From an uncultured Planctomycetaceae bacterium (GTDB taxonomy: Bacteria > Planctomycetota > Planctomycetia > Planctomycetales > Planctomycetaceae): a DNA stretch of 64,000 nucleotides. The first letter of the stretch is position 1. The number at the start of each line of letters is the position of its first letter. Shown here in pieces: positions 46,646 to 58,003 of the stretch. The notes beneath the pieces are model-generated. The model was not told where the DNA came from. It made no database searches and saw only the letters and a list, made by a program, of their open reading frames with translations. Position numbers and translations under genes: made by a program. The stretch covers positions 96,001 to 160,000 of the forward strand of contig CAWFGE010000012.1 in the NCBI GenBank assembly GCA_963815195.1, read 5' to 3'.

Positions 46646-47807
46646 ATGATGATGCCGGTTCCGTTCCGTCTGTTGCTGGTGTTGACCGTTTGCCTTCAAA
46701 GCATGTCGCGCGGACGAGCCCGCGCAGAAGTCTCTGTGGAAGAAGCATGTGATTCACCAAGGGCCCCGGAGCGTAACCGCGGTCGCGGCGGATTTTACGG
46801 GGGATGGAAAGCCCGATGTGATCAGCAACAGTGCCGGCAAGACCCGGCTGTTCGTGGGGCCGGATTGGCGGGAACTCGTTCTCGACGACAACCCGCAGCA
46901 TAATTTTATTCACAGCGAGTTTTTCGATGTGGACAAAGACGGCGATTACGATTACATCGGCGCCCGCTATAACCCCGGCCTCATCGTCTGGCTGGAATGT
47001 CCCAAAAATCCGCTCAAAGATGCCTGGACCGTCCGCTTGATCGATGACCAGGTGCATGGGATTCACGGGCTCCTCAAAGGCGATGTCGACAAGGACGGCC
47101 GATACGATTTGCTCGCGACGAGTGCCCAGCCCAAGGAGCCGTTTCCCAATTCGCTCGCCTGGTTCCGCGTGCAGAGAGTCGCCAGTACCAGGTACCGCTG
47201 GAAGCGGCACATTTTCGCGAAGCACGATGCGCCGGGATTGACGCATTACCTGGGCTTCGGCGATGTGAACGGCGACGGCCGGCCCGACGCCTGCACCGGA
47301 GCCAAAGGCGGCCCGCAAGCCGAGCCGGGCACGGGCGACTGGTTCGCGTGGTGGGAAGCCCCGCCCGATCCCAAGCAGGTCTGGAAAAAACACCTCATCG
47401 CGGCCGATCAACCGGGAGCGACGAATATCCACCCCGCCGACGTCAACGGCGACGGCAAGATGGACTTCATCGCCTCGCGCGGGCACGGCAACGGCGTCCT
47501 CTGGTTCGAAGCCCCCAACTGGAAGTCCCACGACATTCACCCCACGCTCAAAGAGCCGCATTGCCTCGCGGTGCAGGATTTGGACGGCGACGGCGACATC
47601 GATGCGGCCACCTGCGCCTATGGCGACAAAATCGCCGCCTGGTTCGAGAACGACGGCCGCGGCAATTTTCGAACGCACATCATCGGCGAAGATCAAGAAG
47701 CCTACGACATCCGGGCCGTCGATCTGGACAGCGACGGCGACCTGGATTTCCTCATCGCCGGCCGCGGCAGCAATAATGTCGTCTGGTACGAAAACCCCAA
47801 GAAGTGA
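46646..47807 (+). CDS. FG-GAP/VCBS repeat exported protein (frameshift in signal region near 46710)
   Basis: Seven D(F/V/L)xGDGxxD-type repeats and W(Y/F)EN motifs, with an aaggag RBS. Confidence 0.85.
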
Positions 47808-47928
47808 AGCGGCTTCCCCGGCGCATTCGGCAGCCACGCGAACCGGATTCGGCTTGCGTTTGCGGGGCGGGCGGCTACGATGAACGGTTTGTGAAGATCT
47901 TTGAAACCCATCGCTGAATCGACCTCTC

Positions 47929-48132
47929 GTGACCGATTCCTCCGTTCCCGAGTCCCGATGGATCGAGCTGGAAATCCAGTTGATGCACCTCGAGCGCGAT
48001 TACGAAGAGCTGAATGCGGAAGTGCTCAGGCAGAGAAAAACCATCGCGCAACAAGAGCAGCGGATCGCCGGCTTGGAAAACCTCGTCCAGAGGCTGCTCG
48101 AGCAGATCGAACACGGGCCGACGTCCTCTTGA
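47929..48132 (+). CDS. SlyX family protein
   Basis: R.IELEIQLMHLE...EELN..V..Q...I..L coiled coil. Confidence 0.7.
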   Translation: MTDSSVPESRWIELEIQLMHLERDYEELNAEVLRQRKTIAQQEQRIAGLENLVQRLLEQIEHGPTSS

Positions 48133-48228
48133 ATTGGCTTTCGAAATCCACCAGAAAACCCATCGCCGCCGCCGGAGTGCCTTTTGTCCATCGAATCCCC
48201 GCAATCGACGAATAACAACCCTCGCAAA

Positions 48229-49239
48229 ATGCTGACTCCCGAAGAAGTGCAAGAAGCCCGCGGGCATCTGGGGCAGCTTTTGGAAGGGTTGGAATCTTCC
48301 ATCCTCGGGCAGCGGCCGCTGTTGGAACTGGTCGTGATTTGCCTGTTGGCCCGCGGGCATATGCTGCTCGAAGGCCTGCCGGGGCTGGGCAAAACGGAAT
48401 TGGTCAAAGCGCTCTCGGCCCTCTTGGGGCTCGGGTTTCGCCGGCTGCAATTCACGCCCGACCTTCTGCCCAGCGACATCGTCGGCGTGCCCATACTGGA
48501 AGAGCGGGCCGGCGGGCGGCAGTTGGTGTTTCATCAGGGGCCGGTGTTTACGAATCTGCTGTTGGCGGACGAAATCAACCGGGCCACGCCCAAAACGCAG
48601 GCCGCGCTTTTGGAAGCCATGCAGGAACGGCGGGTGACGGTGATGGGCGAATCGCATCGTCTGCCCGAGCCGTTCTTTGTCCTCGCCACGCAAAACCCGA
48701 TCGAGTTGGAAGGCACGTATCCTTTGCCCGAGGCCCAGCTCGATCGGTTCACATTCAAGATTGACGTGGGGGGCGTTTCCAGCGAGACGCTCGAGCAGAT
48801 CATCGCCACCCGCCCGCACGGCCGGGCTCCCGCGCTCGATGTGGTGCTTTCGGCGGAGACGCTCTCGCGATTGTTCGACCTCTGCGATCGCGTGCATCTG
48901 CCGCGGGCGGTCTCCAACTACATCGCCCGCCTGGTGACGGCCACGCATCCGCAGTTGGACGGTTCGCCGGAAAAAGTCAAAAACTTCGTCCGTTACGGAG
49001 CCTCCCCGCGGGCGGGGATTGCGATGGCGGCCACGGCGCGGTCGGCGGCGCTCTTGGCGGGAAAACCCAACGCCGGTTTCGACGAAGTCCGCCGCGTGGC
49101 GTCCAGCGTGTTGGGACATCGGCTGATTCTGGATTACGCGGCGAAACTCGAAGGCTGGACCCCCGCCAATTTGGTGGCCCATCTTCTGGAAAGCGTCCCC
49201 GAAGTTCCGCGCGAACTCCCCGCTGACCTGTCGGCTTAG
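48229..49239 (+). CDS. MoxR family AAA+ ATPase
   Basis: GHMLLEGLPGLGKT, RLQFTPDLLPSD, LADEINRATPKTQAALLEAMQE, ATQNPIE.EGTYPLPEAQLDRF and GASPR. Confidence 0.95.
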   Translation: MLTPEEVQEARGHLGQLLEGLESSILGQRPLLELVVICLLARGHMLLEGLPGLGKTELVKALSALLGLGFRRLQFTPDLLPSDIVGVPILEERAGGRQLVFHQGPVFTNLLLADEINRATPKTQAALLEAMQERRVTVMGESHRLPEPFFVLATQNPIELEGTYPLPEAQLDRFTFKIDVGGVSSETLEQIIATRPHGRAPALDVVLSAETLSRLFDLCDRVHLPRAVSNYIARLVTATHPQLDGSPEKVKNFVRYGASPRAGIAMAATARSAALLAGKPNAGFDEVRRVASSVLGHRLILDYAAKLEGWTPANLVAHLLESVPEVPRELPADLSA

Positions 49240-49273
49240 GATGGGTTAGGATCGTTCGACAAATATCGGTCCG

Positions 49274-49335
49274 ATCAGCCGGAACGCGCTCGCGTCCGGT
49301 TCTCCGGGAACCGGGGCGAGCGCCCTGCGGCTGAT
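49274..49335. repeat. Inverted REP doublet (AGCCG...CCGGTTC family)
   Basis: atcagccggaacgcgctcgcgtccggttc-tccgg-gaaccggggcgagcgccctgcggctgat. Confidence 0.8.
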
Positions 49336-49417
49336 GAATCAAGGCGAAAATCATTCTTCGACTGATCCTTAGCGGCCGGTTGTTTCTCTTTTCGGCAAAT
49401 CCCTCTATGCTGGAAGG

Positions 49418-49966
49418 ATGCAGACGGCTTCCCCGAATCAGCTGATCGTTTGGTGCCGGCGATGTTCGGTGATAATCTTTCTTCTCGCCTACATCGGGAC
49501 GGGCGTGTTCTTTTTATATGGCCACATCTTGGGCGACACGGGCCGGTTTGCCGCGGGCTATTTTTGGACGTGGGACATGTTTCCCAACTATCCGTCGTTC
49601 TCGGCCGGGCGGCTGGCTTTGGGGCAGACGAAAAGCGGCAAATACGTGCAGCTTTTTCCGACGACCTTGATCAAATACCGCCGGGGTGCGCACCGGGATT
49701 ATACGCGGTTCGATCTTCCCCGAAATGATGCCGCCTTGCGAAAAGTCGCCGAAGAAACGCTCGCCGCGCATCCGCCCGAAGACATGAAAGACCCCGTGAT
49801 CTATGTGTTCTTGATCGAGCGGTATTGGCCCGTGCGGTTCAATCTTCCCGATTCGCTTTACGAAGACGCCTACGGCCAAGAGAATCCGCATCGCCAATCG
49901 TGGCGGATTGTCGACGAAGGGCCGGCCGAGAACGGCGGCAAAATCCGCTGGACTTCCTCCCTATGA
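49418..49966 (+). CDS. Single-TM hypothetical protein with GYFWTWDMF motif (SdpA/DUF5819-like HTTM partner)
   Basis: One N-terminal TM followed by a W.WDMF motif. Stop overlaps the HTTM start (ATGA). Confidence 0.65.
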   Translation: MQTASPNQLIVWCRRCSVIIFLLAYIGTGVFFLYGHILGDTGRFAAGYFWTWDMFPNYPSFSAGRLALGQTKSGKYVQLFPTTLIKYRRGAHRDYTRFDLPRNDAALRKVAEETLAAHPPEDMKDPVIYVFLIERYWPVRFNLPDSLYEDAYGQENPHRQSWRIVDEGPAENGGKIRWTSSL

Positions 49967-51423
49967 AGGCGTTCCTGTTCGCTCCTGAAAGCCCCCGGCC
50001 GTGGGCGATCCTGCGAATCCTCCTGGCGTCGGCGTTGCTGTGGGACGCCGCCGGCCGCTGGCCTTATGCCGTGGAACTCTATTCGTCCGCGGGTTTTTCC
50101 TTTCCGGCGTTCCCCGCAGCGGCATTTCAACCGGCGGCGCTCGGAGCGCTGCCCACGGTCGTGCTGTATTCGATGCTGACCGCGGCCTTGGCTTTCCTGT
50201 TGATCGGCTGGCATTCGCGGTTGTGCGCCTTCGCTTCGTTTGGACTGATGGGCTGGTTCTCGCTGTTGGACGGGGCGGGCTCAATGACCAAATACACCGC
50301 CATCGGCCTGCACCTTCTGTTTTTGATGAGCCTGTCCCAGCCGGGCGGCGCCTGGTCGGTCGACGCCTGGTGGCGGAAGCACACCGGACAGGCCACGCCC
50401 TTGGCGCCGGCCTGGACGCGGTGGCTCGTCCGCCTGTTGGTGTGCAGCATCTACGTCGGGGCGGCGGTCACGAAAATCCGCCTGCCCGATTTCGCCACGG
50501 GCGATCTGTTGGAGTTTTCCCTGTTGGACGACGCCTTCGGCGGACGCTGGCTGGGGATGTGGCTCGCGACGAAACCGAAGCTGCTGATCCTCGCGAGCTT
50601 CGCCACCATCGCATTTGAACTCCTGTTTCCCGCCCTGATTTGGGTCCCGCGGTTGCGCCGGCCCGTGTTGGCCTCGGCCTTCTTATTTCACATCGGGCTG
50701 GCGGTCGTGATGCATCTCGAAGTGTTCTCGCCGGTGATGTTCGCGGCCTTGTGCGCGTTTTTGACCGAAGACGACCTGGAAGCGATCCAGGCACGATGCC
50801 GAAAACCGTTCGCGCTCGTGTCCCGCCAGCGCGAGAAAGAACCAGGAATTGCGTTGAGCGCGGAACGTCCGCTCATGCCGATGCGCTGGTTCAATTCGCC
50901 ATTATTTGTTCTGATCTTCAGCGGTGCCGCCATGGGCCTGGCGGGGTATCAATATCAAGAAGACGCGTATGGCGTATTTCATCGCTCGGTGGACCTCGTA
51001 TTCCCGCCCGTGAAAGCCGAACTCGCGAACCAGATGATCGACGCGTTCCAGCCCGACCCGCGGGATTATTTCCATCGCATCGAAATGGGCAGCCGGTTGG
51101 GGTATCGGCATGTGTTTGGGGAGCGGGAGACGTTTCATCCCGGCGAGGTGGTGTATGTGATGGTGCGGGTCCTTCAGCCCCATCCGAGCTGGGACGTGGA
51201 GTGGGAACTCGTCGCCCCCGGCGAGACGGACGACGACGAGCCGCCGCCCACCGCCCGGTTTGCGAGCCGGCTGGATGCATCGCATTCCTACGCGAGCATC
51301 GGGTTTCAACTCAAGCCCGAGTTTGCCGCGGGACGGTATCTCATTCGGCTCTCCGTGAGCGAGAACTTCGCCGCGAAGGAAGTCGTCGCGGAGATTCCGT
51401 TTGAGCTCGTCAAACCCGACTGA
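49963..51423 (+). CDS. HTTM-domain (vitamin-K-dependent gamma-carboxylase-like / SdpB-like) membrane protein with C-terminal beta-rich domain
   Basis: LRILL, LLIGWHSR, WSVDAW, P.WTRWL.RL..CSIY..AA.TK, FEL..P.L.W and FH.GL. Confidence 0.85.
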   Translation: MKAFLFAPESPRPWAILRILLASALLWDAAGRWPYAVELYSSAGFSFPAFPAAAFQPAALGALPTVVLYSMLTAALAFLLIGWHSRLCAFASFGLMGWFSLLDGAGSMTKYTAIGLHLLFLMSLSQPGGAWSVDAWWRKHTGQATPLAPAWTRWLVRLLVCSIYVGAAVTKIRLPDFATGDLLEFSLLDDAFGGRWLGMWLATKPKLLILASFATIAFELLFPALIWVPRLRRPVLASAFLFHIGLAVVMHLEVFSPVMFAALCAFLTEDDLEAIQARCRKPFALVSRQREKEPGIALSAERPLMPMRWFNSPLFVLIFSGAAMGLAGYQYQEDAYGVFHRSVDLVFPPVKAELANQMIDAFQPDPRDYFHRIEMGSRLGYRHVFGERETFHPGEVVYVMVRVLQPHPSWDVEWELVAPGETDDDEPPPTARFASRLDASHSYASIGFQLKPEFAAGRYLIRLSVSENFAAKEVVAEIPFELVKPD

Positions 51424-51459
51424 GCCATGACGCCGACGAAGCCGGCATGTGGTGGTTCG

Positions 51460-54400
51460 TCAGTCATTGGGTTTGGGCCGCGTGGCGAATGCGAGGACGG
51501 GGGCGAGCACCAGGAGGCCGAACCCGACCGCGCTGCCGGCGAGGCAGGTCCACCACAATCCGCCCAGGATTCCCATCGCGATCGTCTGATGCCGGTGCAG
51601 CCATTCGCCCGTCTTCAGCCGGAGTCCCCAGTGCATGACGCCCCCGACGACGAGCACCAGGATCGCGAGGAGCAACACGCGCTCGGAACGGGAATCGATG
51701 AGCCAGAAGGAGACCGGCCAGTTTGTCCCCTCGCCCGGCAGTTCGCCTTGAAGCGCGCGGCAAAGTTGGCCGAACTTTCGCCGGTGTTGGGAGTCGTCTG
51801 AAAAGCCCGCTGGGGAATCAATCGCGTATGGACCGGCGGCAGGAGGGTGACGCGGGCTTCTTCCAGGGGCACATCCAGCGGCTTGGGCAGCGACAGGTCG
51901 AGCCGGCCAAAGCGGGGAAGCCCGGCCTCCAGTTTTTGCGACCAATAGAGTTCCAGCGTCCCCGCATCCTCGAAAGCCGGGGCCGAGAGTTCGAGGGTTT
52001 CGTGTTCCTCGTCCGGCGTTGCGGTTTGCGGGATTCCATCGATCAAGCACGCCTCGAGTTCCGTGGACTTGGGCCAATGCCAAACTAGGTCGTGCAGGTT
52101 TTCTTTGGAAAGTTCGATCACGGTTCGCCCGGCGATCCGCTGGGGATCGGTCAGCCAAAGCGTGGTGTGGAGCCGGCCTTCGTGCGCTGGATTGGTGCCG
52201 GGGGCCAGGCGGGCCGGGACGAATTCCAGATGGCTTTTTGGGTGTTTATAAACTTGAAACCCCGCGTCCTCGGCCGGGGCGTTCCACGACGCCTGGATCC
52301 AGCCGGGCAACTCGGAAACGAGACTTGGGGTTCCGGCGTCGTCTTCGGCGCGGGCGGCGAAATCCGGGGACACGATCAGAAACGAATCCTCGATCCGCCC
52401 GCCCGGGATTTGGATTTGCGGAGGCGTCCAGGCCCCTGCGGACGAAACGTCCACGGACGCAATGATCCCCAGCACCCGCCGGTTGGCGAGCACCGCCGGC
52501 TCGAAGTGAAGCCTTAAAGATTGGTCCGGGCCGATGGTGGTTTGATAGGGAACGATGGTGCGCGGCTGATCCGCGAACTCCACGCGGAATTCCTGCGTCA
52601 TCGCGGGCGGGATTTGAATGGCGAGGCCCCGCCGGGTTTGGGCGTTCTCGCGCACGCGGATCAACGTGGCGATTTCCGATCGAGATTCCAGATCGGCCCC
52701 CACGATGACCGCGCGATCCACCGCCGCGGGTTCGAGCGGCGCCTCGACCACCAGCACCGGGGCGGGGGAATCGTGTCTCAGCCGAACCGCTGCGAGCAGA
52801 AACGCCTCCCCGGTCGCGGGCTGCGACTCGACCGATTCCCACGGCGGCAAGTCGTCCAGCTTCTCGATGCGGAGATTGCGTCCCACGCTTTGGAGTTGAT
52901 AGACCCTGAGGCCCGAATCGACCTGTTCCGCCTCGTCCACTCGAATCAGCGGGAGCGGGGCGCGGCGGCCTTCCTCGAGCGCCAGCGGCAGATGGCCGGT
53001 GAGATTCACGTTTTGAATCCCGGACGTGCCCTCGCTGAGCACGAGTTCGAGCCGCGTGCCGGTCTTGCTCCAGCGGACGAGGCGTTCGGTTTCGTCTTCC
53101 TGCACGGAGAGCGATTCGATCACCAAATCCGCCGGCACTTGGAGCACGTGCCGAAAGGCCGGGGCGTTTGTCGTTTCCACCTCGGCGGTCAGCCGCCATT
53201 GGATTTCGTGTTCGCCGATGCGGCCTTCCTGGTTCAGCCGCGCCCGGCGGACCGGTGTGCGGGGCTTGAGCGAAAACTCCAATTCGACCGGTTTTTGCAG
53301 CTTCCAGGCCAATTGCGGCGTGCGGATTCCCAAGGTCTCCGCGGCGGTCGTGCGGTAAGCCGCCAGGAATCTTTCCGGCGCGACGGGCGCGAGGTTCTCG
53401 CTCATTTTGAGCGTCGAACCCACCGGAGCCATCGCCAGTTCGGGCGTCGTCACCACCCCGAACTGATATTCGGCTTCAACGACGTCCGGCTTCGTTTGTC
53501 CCGACGGCGCGGCAAACAGATCGAGCGCCGGCAGCGAGACCTGCGGATTCGACGAGCGGGAGGCCGGCCGCGGGGTGACGCAATGCACGTCCACGGTGAA
53601 TTCCGACGCGGGCGGTTCCTGGAATTCCAAAAGCAGCCGCGATTGCGTTTTGTCGCCGATCAACCGGTAGGACAAGAGCTTTTCCGCTTTGACGGATTTC
53701 ACATTCGCATTCGCCGGCAGCGACCACACGAGCGAGGAAACCTCGGCCTTGGGCCGATATGCCGCGCGAATCTGCCATTCGTTCCACAGCGGATGCAGAG
53801 TGGCCAAGGCAAACACTTTGGCTTCGGCGTTCACCACGGCGGGTGTTTCGCCCGGTTGCTGGTTCCAAAAGATCTCCAGTTTCTGGGCGGCCCCCACGTC
53901 CGTCGCCGCGGTCTTGCCGGTGGTTGTGGACAGCACCTGCCCGTGAAGCCCGCGGATGCCCAGCGCGGGATAGGCCTTTGGAAGATTCACCGAGAGCCGG
54001 CTCGCGGCAATCGGGGGGACGGTCAGCGAATAGCGGCCGCCGTTGGGGACCGACTCGGACCGACCGTGCAGCCGGAGTTTTATCTCGTGGGTCTCGAACG
54101 ACGTTTTGCCCGGTCCGTTCGAACCGGCTTTCTCGGCGACGGCGGGCCCAGGGGACGCCGGCTCTAAGGGACGGGCCGCCAATTCCACGACGTAGCCTTT
54201 GCCGGCCGGATCGGAGAGCACCGAATGCGGAGCCCCATCGACCAGGCAATGATTGGGACCGCCCGGGTAAGCGTTTCCGATCGGCAGCGGAACTTGCACC
54301 GTTTCATTCGGCGTCAGAACGACAACTTGAAACGTCGCCGCGATCTCGACCGCGCCTTGCGAATCCACTGCCGCCTGGTAATCCGCCGACGAGATCAAAT

Positions 54401-57400
54401 AGGTCGCTGGTTTCGGCGGTTTGGGCTGGGCCTGTTTGAGGCGATCCAAAAACTGCCGATCCACATAGACCAACGGGCCGGGTTTTGGTCCCTGGGGATC
54501 TTGGACGGGAATCATCACATGAAACTTCAAAGGCGGCTCTTGGGCCGGGAGCGGGCGATCGGCGAGGGACGGAGACGTTTCTTGTCCGTAGATTTGCCGG
54601 GCCGGTGAAGCCCCCGCCCACAGCCACCACGAGAATCCCAAGAGCCCCAACACGAATACGGACATGCCGTGTTGATGATGAAACGTCGCGGTGCTGTCCT
54701 GCGAAATGGCTTCCGCCGGCGGCTCGGGCGATCGCTTGAGAAACCGCCGGGGAAACAAAAACGCAAGACACGTTCCCGAAAAACAGCCTCCCGCCAGCAT
54801 CGCCCAGGGCATCGGCAAGAGGCCCGCTGCCAACAAGCTCGCCAGAAACCACACCAGCCCCACCTGCCGGCGATGACGGTAGTTCGCAATCCGCAAAGCG
54901 AACCCGGCCATCAAGCTGCCCAGCAAAACGATCCAGCCCCACCGGTCGGCGGCGCTTTGTTCCCAAAGGGGAAGAGTCAACCGGTCGCCGGCGCGGGGGC
55001 CTTGGGCTTCATAAATCGTCCACCCGGCCGGGAAGAAATCGTCCGAGGCCGATGTCTCCGCCGCAGGTCCGGCCGCGGGCTCGGAGACAAACAGCCGCTG
55101 CCAGGAGTCGCCGTTCCAGGGCAAAAACGGAACCGACGTGCCTCGCCCCAAGGGGCCGAACAGTCGCGTCGTCCAATGCGAAGCGGGCATGGGGGTGACG
55201 AGACTGGTTCCCTCGGGAACGTCCGCAAGCCGCAAGTTGGGGGACAGGCCGATCAGCCAGCGAAATTCCAGCAGCCTCGTATCGGCTTGTGGAATCGGAA
55301 CGCCGCACGTCCACCGCATCGCGGCCGGTTCGGAGGGGACTTCGTAATCGACTTCCACAACGTTCGTCTGGTCGGGCGGCAGATAGGGAATGCTCCGCTG
55401 GTCTCCGCCTTGCCGGGGAATGACGGGCTCGCCGTTCACGCGGACTTCGATCAACTCCGCCTCCTGGGGCAAGCGGAAGGCGAAGGGAAAATGCTGGCTG
55501 CGCGGTTCGAGCGCGAAGCGGGCCCGGTGCCCATTCGCGCGGCCGAATTCCTCGATCCGCGAAGCGAGCGAGAGCCGGGCCAAAACGGGTTCGGCGGGAG
55601 CGGAATCGCGGGAAATCGCCACCGCCAAGACCGCCTCGGGCAATCGATATTTCCAGCGTTTGAAAAGCCGCGGCCGCGCGGTTTCCCGCTCCTCCATCGG
55701 CGTTTCTTGAAGCTGCGACTCCGTCACATCCAGGCCGACGCCGGGCAGAGCACCCAGTTCGATGGCCCCCTGAAACTCTTGAGCGGTCGGCAACTGAGGC
55801 AACGCGAGGTTTTGCTGCGGCTTGATGGGCAGTTCCCGCCGGGCCGTCAACCGGAACGGCTTGACCTGCGGCATCGGCAGGTGGAGGATCCAGGGGCGTT
55901 TTTCCGGCGGCTCCCGTCCCGCGGACTCGGGCGGAGAAATCGCGGCCGCCGCTTGTCCCGCCGGCTCGATCTGCCAGTTCCATCCATCGCCCGCGGCGAA
56001 TCCCCGCAAAGTGATTTGATCGACCGGCGAATCCAGCGGCTGGATCGAAAACTCCAGCGTCTCCGCCAGGGTTTGCTCTGTCACCATCGCCTGAACGAGC
56101 ACCGAGGCATCAAACGGCGGTTCGATGCTGTGCAGCGTGAGTTGCCCGGACGCGGACGAGTCGCTGGGCGCGGCATAAAAAAACTCGGCCGGAGCTTGGC
56201 CGTTGGCGGGTTTTGCCTGCGGAGCGAGGCTGCTGCTTCTGGCAAACTCGGGAAGGTTCCCAACGGTCTTTTGAACGATTCCCGAAGCGTCCTCGATCGC
56301 CAGGCTGCTCCCTTTCGGCAGAAAGGCCGCAAGAAACTGTTCCACAGACCGGCACGACAGCGGCCGCACCGACGACAGCGACAGCGATTGGCCGGGCGAC
56401 ATCGGCAGCCGGCGGGCCAGAATCTGCACGCGCTTTCCCTGCATCGGCGTCAAGGCTTCCAGAAACTCAATCGTCAGCCGGGGCGTTCCAACGCTTTCGG
56501 ACAGACGCCAATCGGAAATCACGGGCAGCGACGATTCGCTCACGCGGCGGACATCCAGAATCTCCCAGCCCGGCAGGACTTCGCAACTCGCCACGAACCG
56601 CGAACCCGCCTGGCAGGTCCAGGCAATCTCCGAACGCATTTGCCATTCTTCCGTTTCGGTCGCGAGTTGATTGACGACCTGAGCGGACATGGAAAAACGC
56701 GGCGTGCCGATGTAGGCCGTGAACTCGGCCTCCGCCGCGATTTGAGAAAACGTCAGCGTCTCCCGCTGGTCGGGCTTCACGGAAATCGCGGTCTGCCGGT
56801 AGCCTTGGGCATCGTAAGTGCGGAGTTCCAAGGGGGCTTCGATCGTCAGGTAAACTTCGCCCCGCAAGAGCGACGCCTGCCGGCAGGTCACTTGGGGCAG
56901 TTTCCAGGCCCGTCCCGATTGCACCCGCGCCAGACCTTGGATGCGAATCGGCCGGCTTTCGCCGACGAGCGGGTCCGGCAATTGAATCACGAGGCGCTGC
57001 TGCTGGTTCCCGCCGGACTTGACCTGCCAGCCCAAGCTCGCATCCCCGCCGTAGGTCACGGCGTAAACGCGAATGGTCCGCGGCACCTGAAACGAGATTT
57101 CCGTAATCGGAGCAAACGCGACCTTGAGATCGTACCGGGCCTCGACTTGCAGCTCCCGATCCCGCACGACGTAGGAGGTGTCCGCCTCGGCGAGGACCAG
57201 GGGCTTCGCGGGACCCCCGGGCTTTTTGCGGGACAAGCTCAATTTCGATGCGTGCTCGCTTCCCAAGGAAATCCGCCACAACCCGAACGCCGAGACCTCG
57301 GAAATCGGAAGCCCTGAAAAGCGATCTTCCGCCCGGATCGGCGAAGGCCCCTTGACATGCCCGGCGGACGCGGCGAGTTCCCAGTCAAGGGGCAAGAGCA

Positions 57401-58003
57401 ATTCGAGTTCGCTCACCGTGGCCGGGACCAGACTGAGATCGAACTCGGTGCGTTCGGCGAATCGGCGGGCGGGGGCGCTCCATTCCCCGTGAAGCTCCAG
57501 CGTCTTGGCCCCGGCCGATCCCGGCAGGACCAAAAGCGTCTCGCCTGCCGACGTGCTGCCCCAGGTCGCGTTTTCCGGCGCACCGTCCTGGTCCGCCCAT
57601 GTCAGCGACGACAAAGCCAGGTTGGAATGATCCCACGGAAACAGCAATCGCCGGCCGCCGACGCGCTGAATCCTCGCCAAAAATCTCCCCTGAAGTTTCT
57701 CGCCGGTGAACACCGCCTGATAGCGGATGCGTCGCAGGACCGCCTCGGAGGGCGCGGGCGGAGGCGGCGTCAGTCCCTCGACAAGCCGCCGGTATTCCTT
57801 CCGGTCCACAACTTGCCAGTCGCCTTCGGGCCAGAGTTCGGGCTGGTTCGCCGGGACGAAAAGCTCCCGGATCTCGGCCTCGGAGAGCCGCGGGCCGGTG
57901 TTTGTGTTTTCCGCAGGCGCGGAGTCTCGGCGCGGGCAAGATTTCCCGCGAGCGCCGCGAACAACACGACCCATCGCCACCGCTCGATCGGCCCCGCCAT
58001 CAT
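51460..58003 (-). CDS. Giant (~2180 aa) uncharacterised envelope protein with central and C-terminal TM segments (indels near 57915 and 51760)
   Basis: 2121-aa ORF. A signal-like N-terminus lies in an adjacent frame starting at 58003 (ATGA overlap), and a TM-rich C-terminus in another frame ends at 51460. Confidence 0.75.

Noticed and set aside
54669..57317. Long antisense or alternate-frame ORFs (also 1687-3492, 17505-19289, 19711-21516, 52521-54167, 62728-63966)
   Set aside because: They overlap better-supported genes, are Arg/Gly-rich without motifs, and are expected in high-GC DNA.
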